A stretch of DNA of 64,000 bases from Azolla caroliniana (GCA_043228905.1 JBHGNT010000015.1:5518001-5582000); one strand, 5' to 3'. Shown: positions 39,936 to 52,889, counted from the stretch's first letter. Notes: generated by a model not told the origin, from the letters alone. Numbers and translations: made by a program.

Positions 39936-41338
39936 TGAGAAAGTCATATTGCACAGGATTTGTGCCAGTTGATCATGGCATTGAATCTCTTGCAAAATAT
40001 GTCTAAACCACTTTCTAGCTTTTGTAGATTTTCCAAGTTCCCTTCTAGGTAGACTGCGGTGTCATTTGCAAATTCTATATCCAGGAGGCTTTGGTGAGAA
40101 TGCGACACACGAAGACCACGTAGGTTTAGTTGTCGCGAGTTGAGAAAGCTAGAGAGTGCTTCGGCGTATAATAGAAATAAGGATGGGGCTAGTGGGCATC
40201 CCTATCGTATAGACAACGATAGTCGGAAGAAGGGGCCCCTTTCACCTACTAATGAAACACAACTGATGGCGTTCCTATAAAGTCCTGCAATGCCTTAGAT
40301 CCATGACTCTTGAAACCCGAGTTTCCCCATCACACTTTCTAGAAAGTTCCAGCATACCCTTTCATATGCTTTCTCAAAATCTAGGAGCACCACAACTACC
40401 TTGTTGTTGGTACACTTGGCAAGGGCTACTGCTTCCCAAAATGAGAAAAGGTTGTCTAGGATGCTTCGATTTCTAACGAAACCTGTCTAGGACAGATGAA
40501 TGAGTTGAGGGAGAAGTTGTGCTAAGCGGCGTGCCACGGTTTTTGCAAGCAACTTACAGACAATATTGAGAGGAGTTATGGGTCGCCACTTACTAATCTC
40601 GTTGGCACTCCCACCACTTTTAGGAATGAGATGTATCATCCGCTCTCCAAATTCCTCCGGCATGTTTCCAGAGGTGATGATCTCCTCATATGCCTGGAGG
40701 AGGTCTTCTTTAATAGTGTCCCAAAGGCATGTGAAAAAGTGAGGAGTGAGGCCATTGATTCCGGGGCAACTATTTGCATCCAAATCGGAGAGGGCCTACC
40801 ATATCTCGATGTTTGATAAGGGATGCACGAGCCATGTATTCATTTTCATTGTGACTTTCGCGGGTATGCTTTGGAGGATAATATCTTCTAGTGTGTCGTC
40901 CCCTGTGGTCATATTATCTTTGGTAAGTAGCTGCTTGTAGTAACTCGTGGCAATAATCCTCATTTCGTCGCCATCCTCAGTGATCGTTCCATCCTCTCGG
41001 TTGAGGCTACACATCATTGTTCTAGTGTGCCTCGGTCCCTAGGATAAGAAGAATTCCCTTGTGGATTTATCTCCTAGAATCCATCAAGCCATGTTTCCAT
41101 GAAACTCCATGTCATAGGTTTTCTTTTCCGCCATGATGAGTTCATGTTTGGCCATGACAACTTGTCCCGCAATCCAACTACATGCCAGGTATCTTTGTTG
41201 GAGTCGTTGTAAGGCTATTAGTCCCTGTTTTGTTCTCTATCACTTTTCCTGAGCTTCCTTGCTTCTGGTCTTGACAATCTTGTGTAGTAGAGTTGAAGCT
41301 CTTGTTAATTTAGCTAGAAGTTTGTCAGATGCTAATGA

Positions 41339-42014
41339 TGTTGGTAGACAGGTCCCTCCGGATGGGAAGGGAGAAGAACAGTGCCGACGAACAAACTCGG
41401 CCGAGGCCGAAACGGTATGAACCGGATGGGGAGTACCCGACTGCGGAGAGTCGGATGGTGTAGGCCCGGTATGAACCGGATGAGGAGTACCTGACTGCGG
41501 AGAGTCGGATGGTGTAGGCCCGGTATGAACCGGATGAGGAGTACCCGACTGCGGAGAGCCGGATGGAGCCCATCGAGGCTACATTTGTAAATAGCCGAAA
41601 AGTCATATTAGTATAAATATGACTTAGGGCAAACTTTTAGTTTTGTTGTTGTTGTCGTTTTTGTGGTGATTCTTCGTTGTTGGTGAAAGAAGAAATCAGA
41701 GCTCGTAACTGTACAGAGAGAGAGAGAGAGAGAGACGAGGTCGTTGCCTCTGTTGTAACCGCCGCCTGTGGCGAAGATCTGAGAGCACGAGGTCGTTGCC
41801 TCAGTGATCTCACTGTTGTATATTTCTACATAGTGACAGTTTGCAGCCTGTGGGCTGCCGTGGTTTAAACCCCTATTTTGGGGTTTTCCACGTATACCTC
41901 ATGTGTATCATTTCTCCTCTTTTGTGTCGCGTTTCATTACCTGTTTTTCTGTGTATGTAAAGAATCTCGGTTGTGGCCGAGCGTTCGGACATAAGGAACG
42001 TCAAGTTCTCAACA
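41339..42014 (+). mobile_element. Solo LTR (676 bp) inserted in L1 ORF2
   Basis: TGTTGG...TCAACA with perfect TSD AATGA (41334-41338, 42015-42019). About 54-bp tandem repeat, three copies, at 41412-41567. TATAAATA near 41612. Confidence 0.92.
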
Positions 42015-45000
42015 AATGAGGCATTGACTGGTAATGACCATTGGTTGACGAGTTGTTCCTTCACCTCTGTGACTGTGTAGATAGTGTGCGGGATTCGAGG
42101 TTGAAATTGGCCCCACTTTCGGTGTAATTGAAAGTGACCAATTATCGAGTAATGGTCGGAGAAAGTCGTGCTTGGAGTTATGCGGCACCACCCTCCCTTC
42201 GCTTCTAGGGCCTTGCCTACAAAAAGGCTATCAATACGAGATAGGGTGGGTCCACTATTTCGCTCATCTTATCGGGAGAATAAGAGTGAGTTCCTTTTTC
42301 ATTGGAAGTTGTCCGAGTGCCATAGATCTCTCAAGTTAAGGTGTAGACACAACTTCTCCCATTGTTTTCGTTCCCTTCCTTGTATAACAATGGGGATTGT
42401 TGCTAAAGCTATCATGAAGGGATTCAATCATATTAAAATCCCCTCCAATGCACCAGTCCTCCGCACCTGCTACTTGTAAGCAAATGCGCTCCCAGAATGT
42501 TGCCCTTTTTGTGCTGCTATTTGGAGCATAAACATTCATGAAATTCTAGCGTTGCCCTTGGATGGCCAACGTGCAAAAATGTGCCCTACCAGGAATAAGT
42601 GATTCTTGATGTATTAAGCCTTGGGCTAGATGTTCCCGATTCAAAGTGCAAATACCACCACGATTTCCATCCTCCCCTATTGTTGGCTCCCAAATTGTTC
42701 TTCATGATCTTGGTAGAAGGTCTCTGACTTCCTTTGAACGAGTATTATCGAGGTGGTGTTCCTGCAACATGATTATGTTAGCAACACCCCCTAATATATA
42801 TTCCTCAAGATCCCTTCTCAGTTTCCATCTGTTTTGCTGGTCTGGTCGACTCTTGAGTCCTTCGACGTTCCATGTTACAATTTTCATACTCATGGAATAG
42901 GATGGGAGAGTGCCAGTTGTTCTTGATGCTTTGCACAACAGGTCGTGAGTGGAGAGCACTCACCATTTAGATATCCAGTCATTTTCACTAATAGGATGAT
43001 GGCCCAAATCCATGAGTGGAGTTTGTGGGCTATTCGGTGTGCTTCAATTGCCCCTTCCTGCTTCTCATAGAAATAGAAAAAACCCGGAGTTAGATGGGTG
43101 TCTATAATAGTCTGCAGGTGGATGTGGCAGAGATGAGGTTCCTCTTCATCCATGGTGCACCAGAATTCAGTGTTATTCCAATGCCTTTTTAATTCGTTCA
43201 TGAGGTCTTCGTCTCTTATTTTTGTTACAAAACATGCTGCTTGTCTACATAGAGTATCGTTAATCTTGGATTTGGACCAGTCTTCTTGTGCCGGTAGGAA
43301 GAGTGGAAAGGATATTGAGGTCGTTGGTACTCCATTATTTTGTATTGCCGATACATGTACCCTTATTTTTTCCACTGTCTTATGCCCGATACCTAACCAT
43401 TTCAAGGCGTTTTGTGGGTGTCGTTCAAGGTCCTGACTAGAGCTATCACACTCATTTGTGTCTGGGAAGACTATGATTTGAGGCGTGATATTCAAACTTC
43501 TGCCTTGATTTGTTGCTTCTCCATTGGGTGTAGTTCCACGCAAACTCTGCATTAAGGTCTTAACATGACTTATCCTTCGTCGCTTTCCTATGTTGTAAGC
43601 TTTAACAAGAATTTTCTCTTGTGTGCTTGGTGTCACCGTAGGCCGTTTCTTAGGGCTTAAGAAAGAACTAGGGGAGTGTTCATCCGTGGATCAAATCGAT
43701 TGGGGCTCAAAGGCGATGGAGGATTTTGTGCTTGTGGAGTTTTGCGGCGGGCATGGGTGTTTCCCACCACTCGCCATTCCATCATAGCCTTATCGGGTCG
43801 TGGTGGGAGGTTTCTCATGACCTATGGTGCCATGACCTTCTCGAGTCTCCTTGGTGGGATCTTTAGTGCCTCTCGTGGGGCAATTCTTTTTTAAATGACC
43901 AAATTTTTTGCATGCAAAACATTGCCCCGGTGCATTGATCACTTCTATGCATTGTTCAAACTGCATACCGTTTTTTCCAGGAATGAGGATCTTGGAAGGA
44001 AGTTTGTCGATGTTCGACACCAAAAGGCGTATAGAGGGAGGGCCTAGTTGCTTCTTTAGCCTCTCTGCTAGCGTTAGGCCGAGTTTGTGTAACCCTAACG
44101 ACTTTGCGCGACAACGGCGGCGAGGGGGTTGTGACAACCACCGCCCTGTAGGTCGTGGACAGAAAGGGTAGGACCTGCAGGGAGGGGATCTCTGTGCCCC
44201 ACGTTTGTAGCTTGTTGTGAGGTGGGCGTGATTCAACTCCTGCTCCTGCTCCTGCTCTTGCTCTGTTCCCCGATGGCCTCTGATCCGCTGCTCCTACTCC
44301 TGCTCCTACTCTGCTAGTCTGCTTCTTCGTCTTCTTCTTCTGGTTTTGTTTTCTCATTTTCTATTTTTGTATTCACCCCCGCATTGCTACCATTGCCATC
44401 ACTTGCTCCTCCGCCTCCTGCTCCCAATATTCACAAACTTTTTTCGCTTGCAGTTAGTTTTATATCCATTACATATCCAAATAAATTTATATCTTCCCTA
44501 TGTATGTGTCTATTTGAATGAAGGATTTATATATATTAAGTTTAGTATGTATGTATGCCATATGTAGTTTAGGTATGTATGTATGTCATATATGTATGTA
44601 TGTATGTATCCTCGGTATATGTATCTACATGTAAGTTAGTATGATGTATGTGGAGAAGGTTTGTATGTAAGCTATGTATGTTAGACATGTAAAATAAATA
44701 TATATTTATGTAAATTAGTATCAACGATGGTACCTCAAATGTCAACTACCAAAAGTTCATGTAACTAAATTTTCTAGGCTCTAAGAGTCTAAAGCACAAG
44801 AGCATTAGGTCATGTCATAGATAACTAAGAAGACAACTATGTGTGAATATTTGTAGGACGAAAGCTTATAACAAGTATGTTATTGGTGGGAGAAATACTT
44901 TTATGCAACTATGACTTAATGTGTTTTTCTTTTAAGCAATTATTATTGTCATATAGCTAGGAAAAACTATTTGAGTTTAGGTAATGTGAACATGGTATCG

Positions 45001-45079
45001 ACTTGTTTTAGGACAATGAAATCTATGCTTCATTGGATGGATTTATAGATATAAATGGCTTCAAAAACCATTTTATGTG

Positions 45080-45720
45080 GCAAATTGACTCGATAAACCT
45101 AAAAACAATTAAGTGGAAAGCTTGGAGGTGTGGACATTATTATTAGAAAATCCTATTTGGAAAAGCCAAACAAGAAACAAAAAGTATTAAGGCATGCTAA
45201 TGCCAACCAAGAAACAAAAAGTCAATACTATTGTCATCATGATCCTACTTGAAAAAGTATTTTAGTTGATTTGTTTACATGACAATGAATGTAAAGCAGG
45301 CCTTTTAAACTAGACAATATTGATATCCCGTTTCAAATTGTTTGATAAACCTCAAGGCCTTTAAACTTAGAGGTGTGGGGCATTAGTATTATGAGGGTTA
45401 TAATCTATTGTATGAATTCGTTGTAGCCTTTGGCCATCTTTCCATTAATACCAACGGGAATTTTCATTTAAAAAAATGAAGAAAGAATAGTATCAAGGAA
45501 TCTTCAATAAAGAAACAAAACGTGACAATATTGAGATCCCGTTTTAAATTGATTGATAAGCCTCAAGGTCTTTAAATGGAAAGCTTAGTGTGGGGCATTA
45601 ATATTATAAAATCCTACTAGAAAAGTATCAAGGCATGAAGATGGCAATAAAGTATCAAGGTATTATTATTGTTATGAATCTCGTATTTGAAAAAGCATTT
45701 TAGTTTATTACTTTACATAA
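45080..45720. repeat. Degenerate 210-230 bp tandem repeat, about three copies
   Basis: Recurrent AAATTG..GATAAACCT..GTGTGG(G)CATTA blocks at about 45082, 45336 and 45546; GACAATATTGA.ATCCCGTTT at 45313 and 45524. Confidence 0.6.
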
Positions 45721-46127
45721 TAATGTTTATTAGAAAAATTAAAGTTATCTAGGATATGCTTAAATAGACATATTTTAAGTGTGTAGGAATGATTATGAAT
45801 GGAGCAAGGACCTTTTGAAACAAGTAGCTAATTAGCTAGAGTTTGTAAAACAGCGTTGGCGGGAGCAAACGCAGCAGAGCGCAGAGTGGGAGCAGCAGAA
45901 AAAGGCGAGCAGGAGCAGGAGTAGGTGCACACTGAGGAACACGCGCGTTGTCCAACAGAGCAAGAGGAGGAGCACAACGCCAATTGTTGTCCAGGTACTC
46001 TCACACACAATCCTCCCTCCCTCCCCCAACCAGAAAACGCAAAGTAACACATTAAAAAAAACACAAAACAAAGGGGGAAGGGAAGAACAACACATACAAC
46101 CTAGGCTCGCAAGACACATAACTCGCT

Positions 46128-47597
46128 ATGATGGGAGGAATCGAGCTTCCACCAGCGCCCAGTTTGCTTGATGAAGAAGGTGGATCAGATCTCGCCATTA
46201 CCCTATCCCCCGAGGCTAACCGTGTCTTAGCGGAAGAAATCGAACGCCTACGGCGTACCTCCTTCGTATGTAGGTTTCTGGCAGGTAGACCAAGTCAGGG
46301 CATGGTTCGGGACATGTTTCAGGTGGCTGTGTTGGAGAACATGCCGGTAATCAAGAGTGTCAGGGGTTTAGGGAAAAACTTCTTCCACATTGAATTAGGT
46401 AATGACTCGCTGGCGCAACCATTGGTCGAGCTCAAGGTACTCGAATTGAAGTACGACAAGGTGTTGCTCCAACCATGGTCACCAGGGTTCAATCCGATTA
46501 AAGAGTTACGGAAACTCAACAACCCTAGGGTGATCACCGCAACATTTCCTGGCCTCCCTCCACATTTGTACCATCTGCTCCCTCTTTTTGGCGAACAAGT
46601 AGGGATGATATGCCCTCAAAAAGCGTCAATGGCAGACACAGTCGCGGAGGTGCCCAAGTTGCGTATCTTGGTGCCTTCCCTCCATGGACTTCCATCAAGG
46701 ATTAGACTCTACTCTGAGGAGTTAGGCCTCACAGTGGTAGAAGTGGCTTATGAGGGACTCCCGGGGCAGTGTTTCATTTGCAAACAGACAGGACACCTAG
46801 CTAAGGAGTGTCCTCGTAAGATTGGAAAGGGAAGCTCGGGACCACGACCCTCGGGCAAAGTCAGGACAACCAAGGGTGAAGAGGCTCCTTGGCTACCCGT
46901 TAAGAAGAAGGGGAAACTTGGAGGCCTAGGTGCCTCCTCTCCCACCCTTTTTCATGACCACCCCTTTGAAAGAAGTCCCGCCACCTTGTCACCAGCAAGC
47001 GTGGACGAGCAACCCTTGAAACGAGTAAAGATCCTCTCCGGGAGTGCCAAGGCACCCGACCTACAGGTGAGAGCTACCAACAGATTTACACTTCTTCAAG
47101 GGTTAGGGGATGGCGACCCAGCAGCGTTGGCAGCAATGTTGTCCCCGTGCGACTCCTCACGCCTTCCCCCGTGGGAGCCCGAACTCGTGTTCTCCACCCC
47201 GATGGAGATGCAACCCCAACTTGTACCGTCCACCCCGGAAGAGAAGTTGGCACAGCCCCCCCTCCCGTTGGAACGTGAATGTGGTAGTGGCCTCAGATTA
47301 GTGAAATCGTGGATCCGGACGGGCAAGCTCAAGGACAAAGAAAAGGGTAAGATAGGAAGACCAACACCTGGTTTGGCGACGACTCTGATAGATAGAGGGA
47401 TGCAAGTTGTGCCACCGCTTCGGAGCACAACTGTATCGCGGGATCTATTTGAAGCAGGTCGGGAACGACCGGCTGAGAATCTTGTAGGGGATTTGCAGCC
47501 TGCAGTGGAGACCATACCCCCCGAAACAAGTGTTAGTTTGCCCCATGACATGGGGATCGGCCCGAACATGGGCGCCAACGTCACCGTTTTCGGATGA
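46128..47597 (+). CDS. L1 ORF1 (DUF4283-like region plus CCHC zinc knuckle)
   Basis: Open 489-aa frame with YEGLPGQCFICKQTGHLAKECP. Its stop overlaps the ORF2 start (ATGA). Confidence 0.88.
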   Translation: MMGGIELPPAPSLLDEEGGSDLAITLSPEANRVLAEEIERLRRTSFVCRFLAGRPSQGMVRDMFQVAVLENMPVIKSVRGLGKNFFHIELGNDSLAQPLVELKVLELKYDKVLLQPWSPGFNPIKELRKLNNPRVITATFPGLPPHLYHLLPLFGEQVGMICPQKASMADTVAEVPKLRILVPSLHGLPSRIRLYSEELGLTVVEVAYEGLPGQCFICKQTGHLAKECPRKIGKGSSGPRPSGKVRTTKGEEAPWLPVKKKGKLGGLGASSPTLFHDHPFERSPATLSPASVDEQPLKRVKILSGSAKAPDLQVRATNRFTLLQGLGDGDPAALAAMLSPCDSSRLPPWEPELVFSTPMEMQPQLVPSTPEEKLAQPPLPLERECGSGLRLVKSWIRTGKLKDKEKGKIGRPTPGLATTLIDRGMQVVPPLRSTTVSRDLFEAGRERPAENLVGDLQPAVETIPPETSVSLPHDMGIGPNMGANVTVFG

Positions 47598-50500
47598 GGA
47601 TCCTAACGTGGAATGTACAGGGCCTTGGTGGAGGCCGACAACACCAAGAGTGTAAAAGACTTCAGGAGGAGCTGAATCCCCTTAATATAGGGGGCCATAT
47701 TGACATATTGCTTTTGCAGGAACACCACCTCTCGCAAGAGCGAACTCAGAGCTTAGTAAACCCCTTGTCGGGTGGGTGGACCACATGGTGGTCGGCTGCA
47801 CAGGGTGACCTCCACCGAAGAGGAGGGGTCTGCATCTCGATCAACGATAAGACCCGATACGAAGTAACATCATCTGGCACGCTGGTGGAGGGTCGGGCCT
47901 TATACGTGCTTCTGAAATGGAATCGCCTACAGATTGGGGTGCTAAACATTTATGCCCCTAACTCAGCCCCCGAGAGAGCAATCTTTTGGAGGATGCTAGC
48001 GACAACATTACCTAATGTCGAGGCTTGGGTAATGGCAGGTGATTTCAACATGACTGAACACCTGGGAGATAGGAAAGGAGGGACCCAGAGGCCTATTTAT
48101 GGTGCGGAGCTGGATTCATGGGCTTTCCTAATTGGCAAAATCGGGGTGAAGGATACATGGGGTTCTTCCCTTAGGTGAAGCTCACATTCACTGCACTTTT
48201 CTAGAGCCGCCGGGAATGCTAGGGGCGGTAGTCTTGCACGGCTAGACCGCATATACATCAGCTCATCCCTCGAAGAGCTCGGGGGCTCCTTTGCTATCTT
48301 GGCAGGTCTTACCTTTTCAGATCATCAGCCGGTGAGACTAGACCTTAACCCACCCAACGATAGCAAGGGCAGTCTCAATGTAAAGATCCCCATAAAGATC
48401 ATGAAGAGTGAAGAGGTGAAGGCCGGTTTACAGAGTATATGGCAGGACACCATGGGCAGTGAATCAGCCAGTGAAGATCTGCAGAAAAAATTGGCCCTCT
48501 CCTCCTCCTTTTTACAACAAGAGACCAAGCGCACCCTCCAACAGGTTAGAGCCATTGAAACAAAATTAAGGAAGGCCGTTGCGGCAGCGCAACGGCTGTT
48601 ACAGGTAGACCCTGGTTGCAAATGGTCTAGAGCTAAGCTAGAGGAAGCAAAGATGAAGGTACAGGAAAGGACTTTGGAGAAGAACCGAATGCTGTTTCGA
48701 AGAAACGCAACATGGTGGGCTAGAAAAGACGACAAGGTCAACCGACATTTCTTTCACTACAAGGCACCCAAGGGTGGTGGTGGACGTATACACGGGTTGC
48801 GAAAACTAGATGGCTCAATAACGGAGGACAAGACTGAGGTTCTGGAAATGGCAACACAATACTATCGTGACCTCCTCGCACCTATGCATGTGCGGCAAAA
48901 CTCGGAGCTGGCTGATCGAGTGATGTCTTGCATTCACCCCAAGGTAACCCAAGAGATGGAAGTTGTGCTCGATAGTCCCATCTCTCGTTTAGAGCTCTCG
49001 GAGGCACTTAGGGGATTGTGAAGGGGTGCATGCCCCGGTCCCGATGGTCTCTCACGAGATTTCTTCGAGATTCATTGGGAATGTGTTATCCCGTCCTTGG
49101 AAGCCGGGTTCCAAGAGATTTGGTCCTCAGGAAAGATGCTGATTGGTTTGGCTGAGGGGATGATATATCTCATCCCCAAATCCCAAGAGCGAAGCCTAGA
49201 GCTGCGCCAATGGCGTCCAATCACGATCCTTAACACGGCATACAAGATACTCGCTAAAGTCCTAGCTCAGCGATTAGCAAGCTTCTTACCGGACATCATA
49301 CACGACAATCAAACTGGGTTTGTCAAGAACAGGTGTATCTTTGATAATGTGTTGCTTCTTTGGGAAGCTATGGCATTGGCCCGTCGCTCCGTATCGAGCT
49401 CGGCTATTCTGATGCTAGACTTCGAGAAGGCCTACGATAGGGTGTTATGGCCCTTTTTGGAAAATGTGATGAGAGCTTTGGGCCTACCTCAAAAATGGAG
49501 AAATTGCACTTCTGCACTCTATCGGACAGCTACGAGTAGCGTGCTGATGGCTGGATCTAGGGGACCTGCCTTCCAACTACAACGCTCAGTGAGGCAAGGT
49601 TGTCCCCTAGCCCCATATCTCTATCTCTTTGTAACCGAGGCTTTCTCCGCCTACTTACAAGCACCAACTAGCGGGTTGCGGGGATTGCCCATCCCCAATG
49701 CGACTGAAGATTTGTTGTTATCTGAATATGCCGACGATACGGTTCTTTTCTTGCAAGGTGATGAGGAGAATTTACAGCGGGCTGAACATCTTGTCGAGGA
49801 CTTTTGTCAGGCGGCTGGTGCCAAGATCAATTGGAATAAAACCCAAGGTCTATGGTTCAGCGAACAGGAGACACCAAGATGGCAACCCCATGCCGATTTT
49901 ACGTGGGTCCCTAGTGGGACGACTTTCAAGTACCTTGGATTTACGATGGGGAGGTCAATCCCCAAGGGAGCGCAATTGGCCCACGTACAAGCCAAAATAA
50001 GTAAGAAGTTGAACCAGTGGAGTAGATCTAAATTGTCCTTCGCTGGTAGGGTCCTTGTGGCGAACCAAGTGCTGCTCGCTACCATGTGGCACTCAGTCTC
50101 ATGCTGGATTATGGACCCTGCAGGTTTGCACGCGATTAAGGCTGCCATTAGGGGGTTTCTATGGTCAGGTAAGGACAACCCAAGGGCTGCCGCCAGAGTC
50201 TCATGGTGTTGGTTAACGCAACCGCGGGCCAAAGGGGGGCTTGGCCTCATAGACCCCTTAATGCAGAGTCGTGCATTGCTGGCTAAAATGGTGGTTCGCT
50301 GCCTCCTGCCATGTAAGGGGTGCTGGAAGGTACTTCTTCGCAACAGGCTGCAAGTAGGGACTCCCAAGTATGGTAGGCCTTGGCCCGACTCCTTGAATTG
50401 GTGCTGCACGAGTGGAGTCCCACCCAGGCTGGCTTGCCATCCAGAGGATAGGGTCACGAACTCCATCTTGCGGGCATGGTGCCATATACGACAGCATTTG

Positions 50501-51907
50501 GTCAAGCACACCCCAGAGACATTGACCGAATGGACTAGACAGCCACTATTCTGGAATCCTCATGTGCGAACGAATGACAACACGATGCTAGGGCAACTTA
50601 AGGGCCTAGCATGGGGAAAGTTGGCACAAACAGGCCTCCTATCTATAGACGATTGGAGACGCATGGCTGATTCAGGAAGAGCCCAAGAGGACCTTTTCCC
50701 TCCCCTCAAGGGAGCTACGAAAATGCGGAGACTGATAGCTGAGGCAGTTGACAGGGTTCCGATGGGGGAGGCAAGAGAACATGCATGGTTCGGTCTCTTT
50801 GACGAGGCTGGAATGGTCAAGTCGCTAAAGGGCATGAGCGGATCGGGGAGTGATACAGTTTTTGGGGACAGCCAGAGCAGCGGCTCTTGGTACCCAATCC
50901 GAGTGGTGGCACAGATTGATAACATCTGGAAGACAGACCCGGATGTTGCTAAGGTGGGACCCCATTGGAGGTTAAGGGTATACGGTTGTCGCCCCCTTGT
51001 CGATCTAGATTGGGACCCCGGGGATTTCAGATGGAAACATGACGATAGACTCCACCACTTCTTCGATTACACCACTAAATTGGGTCCGACTTTGCAGCTG
51101 CAGCCAGGCGGCCCCCTTCGCAACGGCTGGCGAACATTGGGCATCCCCGATGAGGCGCTCATTGCCTTTTGGAAGGGTCTTTGGTGTCTCCACATGCCTG
51201 AAAAGATTAAGCTCTTTTGGTGGCAGATCGGTCATAATGTGGTGCCCATTGGCGAATGGTTAGATAAACGTGGCGGCCCGTTAGGCTGCCCACTGTGCTC
51301 TCTACCTATTGAGTCTCTGAGACATTGTTTGTGGGATTGCCCTCAAGCTCAAAAGGTATGGGATAGAGTGACTCGCCTCCTTGTGGCATGTGAAGTTGAA
51401 GGAACAGCCTCGTGGAGCGCTGCGGCATGGATTGATCACTCGGTCGAAGGGTGGACGGACGCCGTCAATGCGGATAGTTGGTGCTATGTATGCACGAGAG
51501 GCAAAATCGTCAAGATCCGTTTTGAAAGAGGCTTGCAGCCCGCATCCCCTAGGTTTCCGGAAATCTGGATGTTGATCGCAGGTTTCACCTTGTGGTATAT
51601 ATGGAAAGCGCGTTGCCTCAAGGTCTTCCAAGGTACGGTACGACCCCCGGAGGAAGTGATCATGGACATATGGTTCGCGCTTATCAGCTGCCTACGAGGG
51701 CAACTGGAAGAGGTTTGCAGCCACTCCAACGACGTGACCACTGCCCGTTTGCACTTTTGGCAGAAATGGCGGAACACACCTATGGTGATGCAAGGCGGGA
51801 GTGGCCCGAGGTGGAACTACCAGCCCCCACATTGGTTGTTTCCTACTCACCTGCCACCCTCTCTTCGGTGTAGGCCCCAAGAGCCGACTCGTACGAGGCA
51901 ACATTGA
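47594..51907 (+). pseudogene. L1 ORF2 (APE endonuclease, RT, zf-RVT) with two in-frame TGA stops (48176-48178, 49019-49021)
   Basis: Three ORFs in one frame: TWNVQGL, LQEHH, GDFN, SDH; LDFEKAYD, QGCPLAP, YADD, FKYLG; CPLC...HCLWDC. Confidence 0.93.
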
Positions 51908-52889
51908 AGGGCATCGCCTTGGATATAGGTAGCTTCTCACATTAAGTTAGGCCGCAAGGCAATGTAAGTGGCTCATCTTCTTTGGCTTGATCGGAGGAAG
52001 TCTCCCCGATGTGTGTATAAATCTCCTTATAGACTCTATGTAATAATCCTTCCTAACTAATGGGAAAGTAGCTTTACTTTGAAAAAAAGAAGAAGAAGTA
52101 GCTAATTAGCTAAAACACCATTGGAAGGAACATTCCTAATAGCTACACATCAAAGATCAAAGATCAAACATCAAACATCAAACACCTAAGGTCAATGATA
52201 AGTAGTAACTAATTAGCTTAAGTGATTACCAATAACTAACTAGCTAAAACATTATGAAGAGATAAAGTAATTAACATTACCTAATTGGCTAAAACATTAC
52301 TAGTAGATAATTAGGTAAACCATTAACTTAACAAGTTAAGGTCAATGATATTCATCTAGCCAACACGTTGTGGTAGGTACTCGGGGAATAACTCACGAGT
52401 ATGATGTATCTACCCGGGTTGATGTTGCAATTGATGATTTGATTTTTGACGTTATGTTTGAGTGTAAGTGTCTTGCTCAGACATCTCCTTCCAATTGACT
52501 TAATTCTGTGCTTGTTGTTGAGTGCATTGAATTGGGCAACACTACCCAAAATAATGATATAGTCGACCAAATGCGTGATTCTAATGTGTAACATAAGAAT
52601 GTTTTTGAACATTTGGCACAACAATTATTTGAGTCCTTTGACCTTGCAACAACCTCACTTGTTCGAGTTTAACTAATTAATCAAGCAAAACACATGGAAT
52701 TATAGACCAAAGGAAGAAAAGAAGGGTCTTAAACCACTTGACCACCCCCTAGGAAGGACTTGAGATAGACCCGAACCTCCTCGATGTATGCATGCACATT
52801 TGAGTAGGTTCCTTTCAAAAGTTTCCCACTCCATGCAACTTGTATTTCCGTTCTCCCTAACTACTCGTTTCACGTCAGGTTCACCAAAT

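Larger units (their letters stand above)
22619..44445 (-). mobile_element. Degenerate L1-type LINE split by nested LTR elements (pieces 22619-23651, 39936-41338, 42015-44445)
   Basis: zf-RVT/3' part at 22.7-23.65 kb; RT at 39.95-40.8 kb (WRPITPLN, LDFEKAYE, GCPLAP); endonuclease at 42.0-42.89 kb (TWNVEGL, LQEHH, NVYAPN, GDFN); ORF1 knuckle CFACKKFGHLKKNC. 14-bp TSD GCTTGCATTTAGTT (22605-22618) and GCTTGCAGTTAGTT (44446-44459). Confidence 0.85.
45839..52095 (+). mobile_element. Full-length L1-type LINE
   Basis: Perfect 17-bp TSD AAGTAGCTAATTAGCTA (45822-45838, 52096-52112), 5' UTR, ORF1, ORF2 and an A-rich tail. Confidence 0.95.

Noticed and set aside
49807-50925. Long antisense ORFs over L1 ORF2 (similar ones overlap Copia pol)
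   Set aside because: Shadow frames of GC-rich TE coding sequence with no independent motifs.
52352-52660. 90-aa ORF or coding-like patch downstream of the L1
   Set aside because: Non-ATG start, no motif and no splice support.
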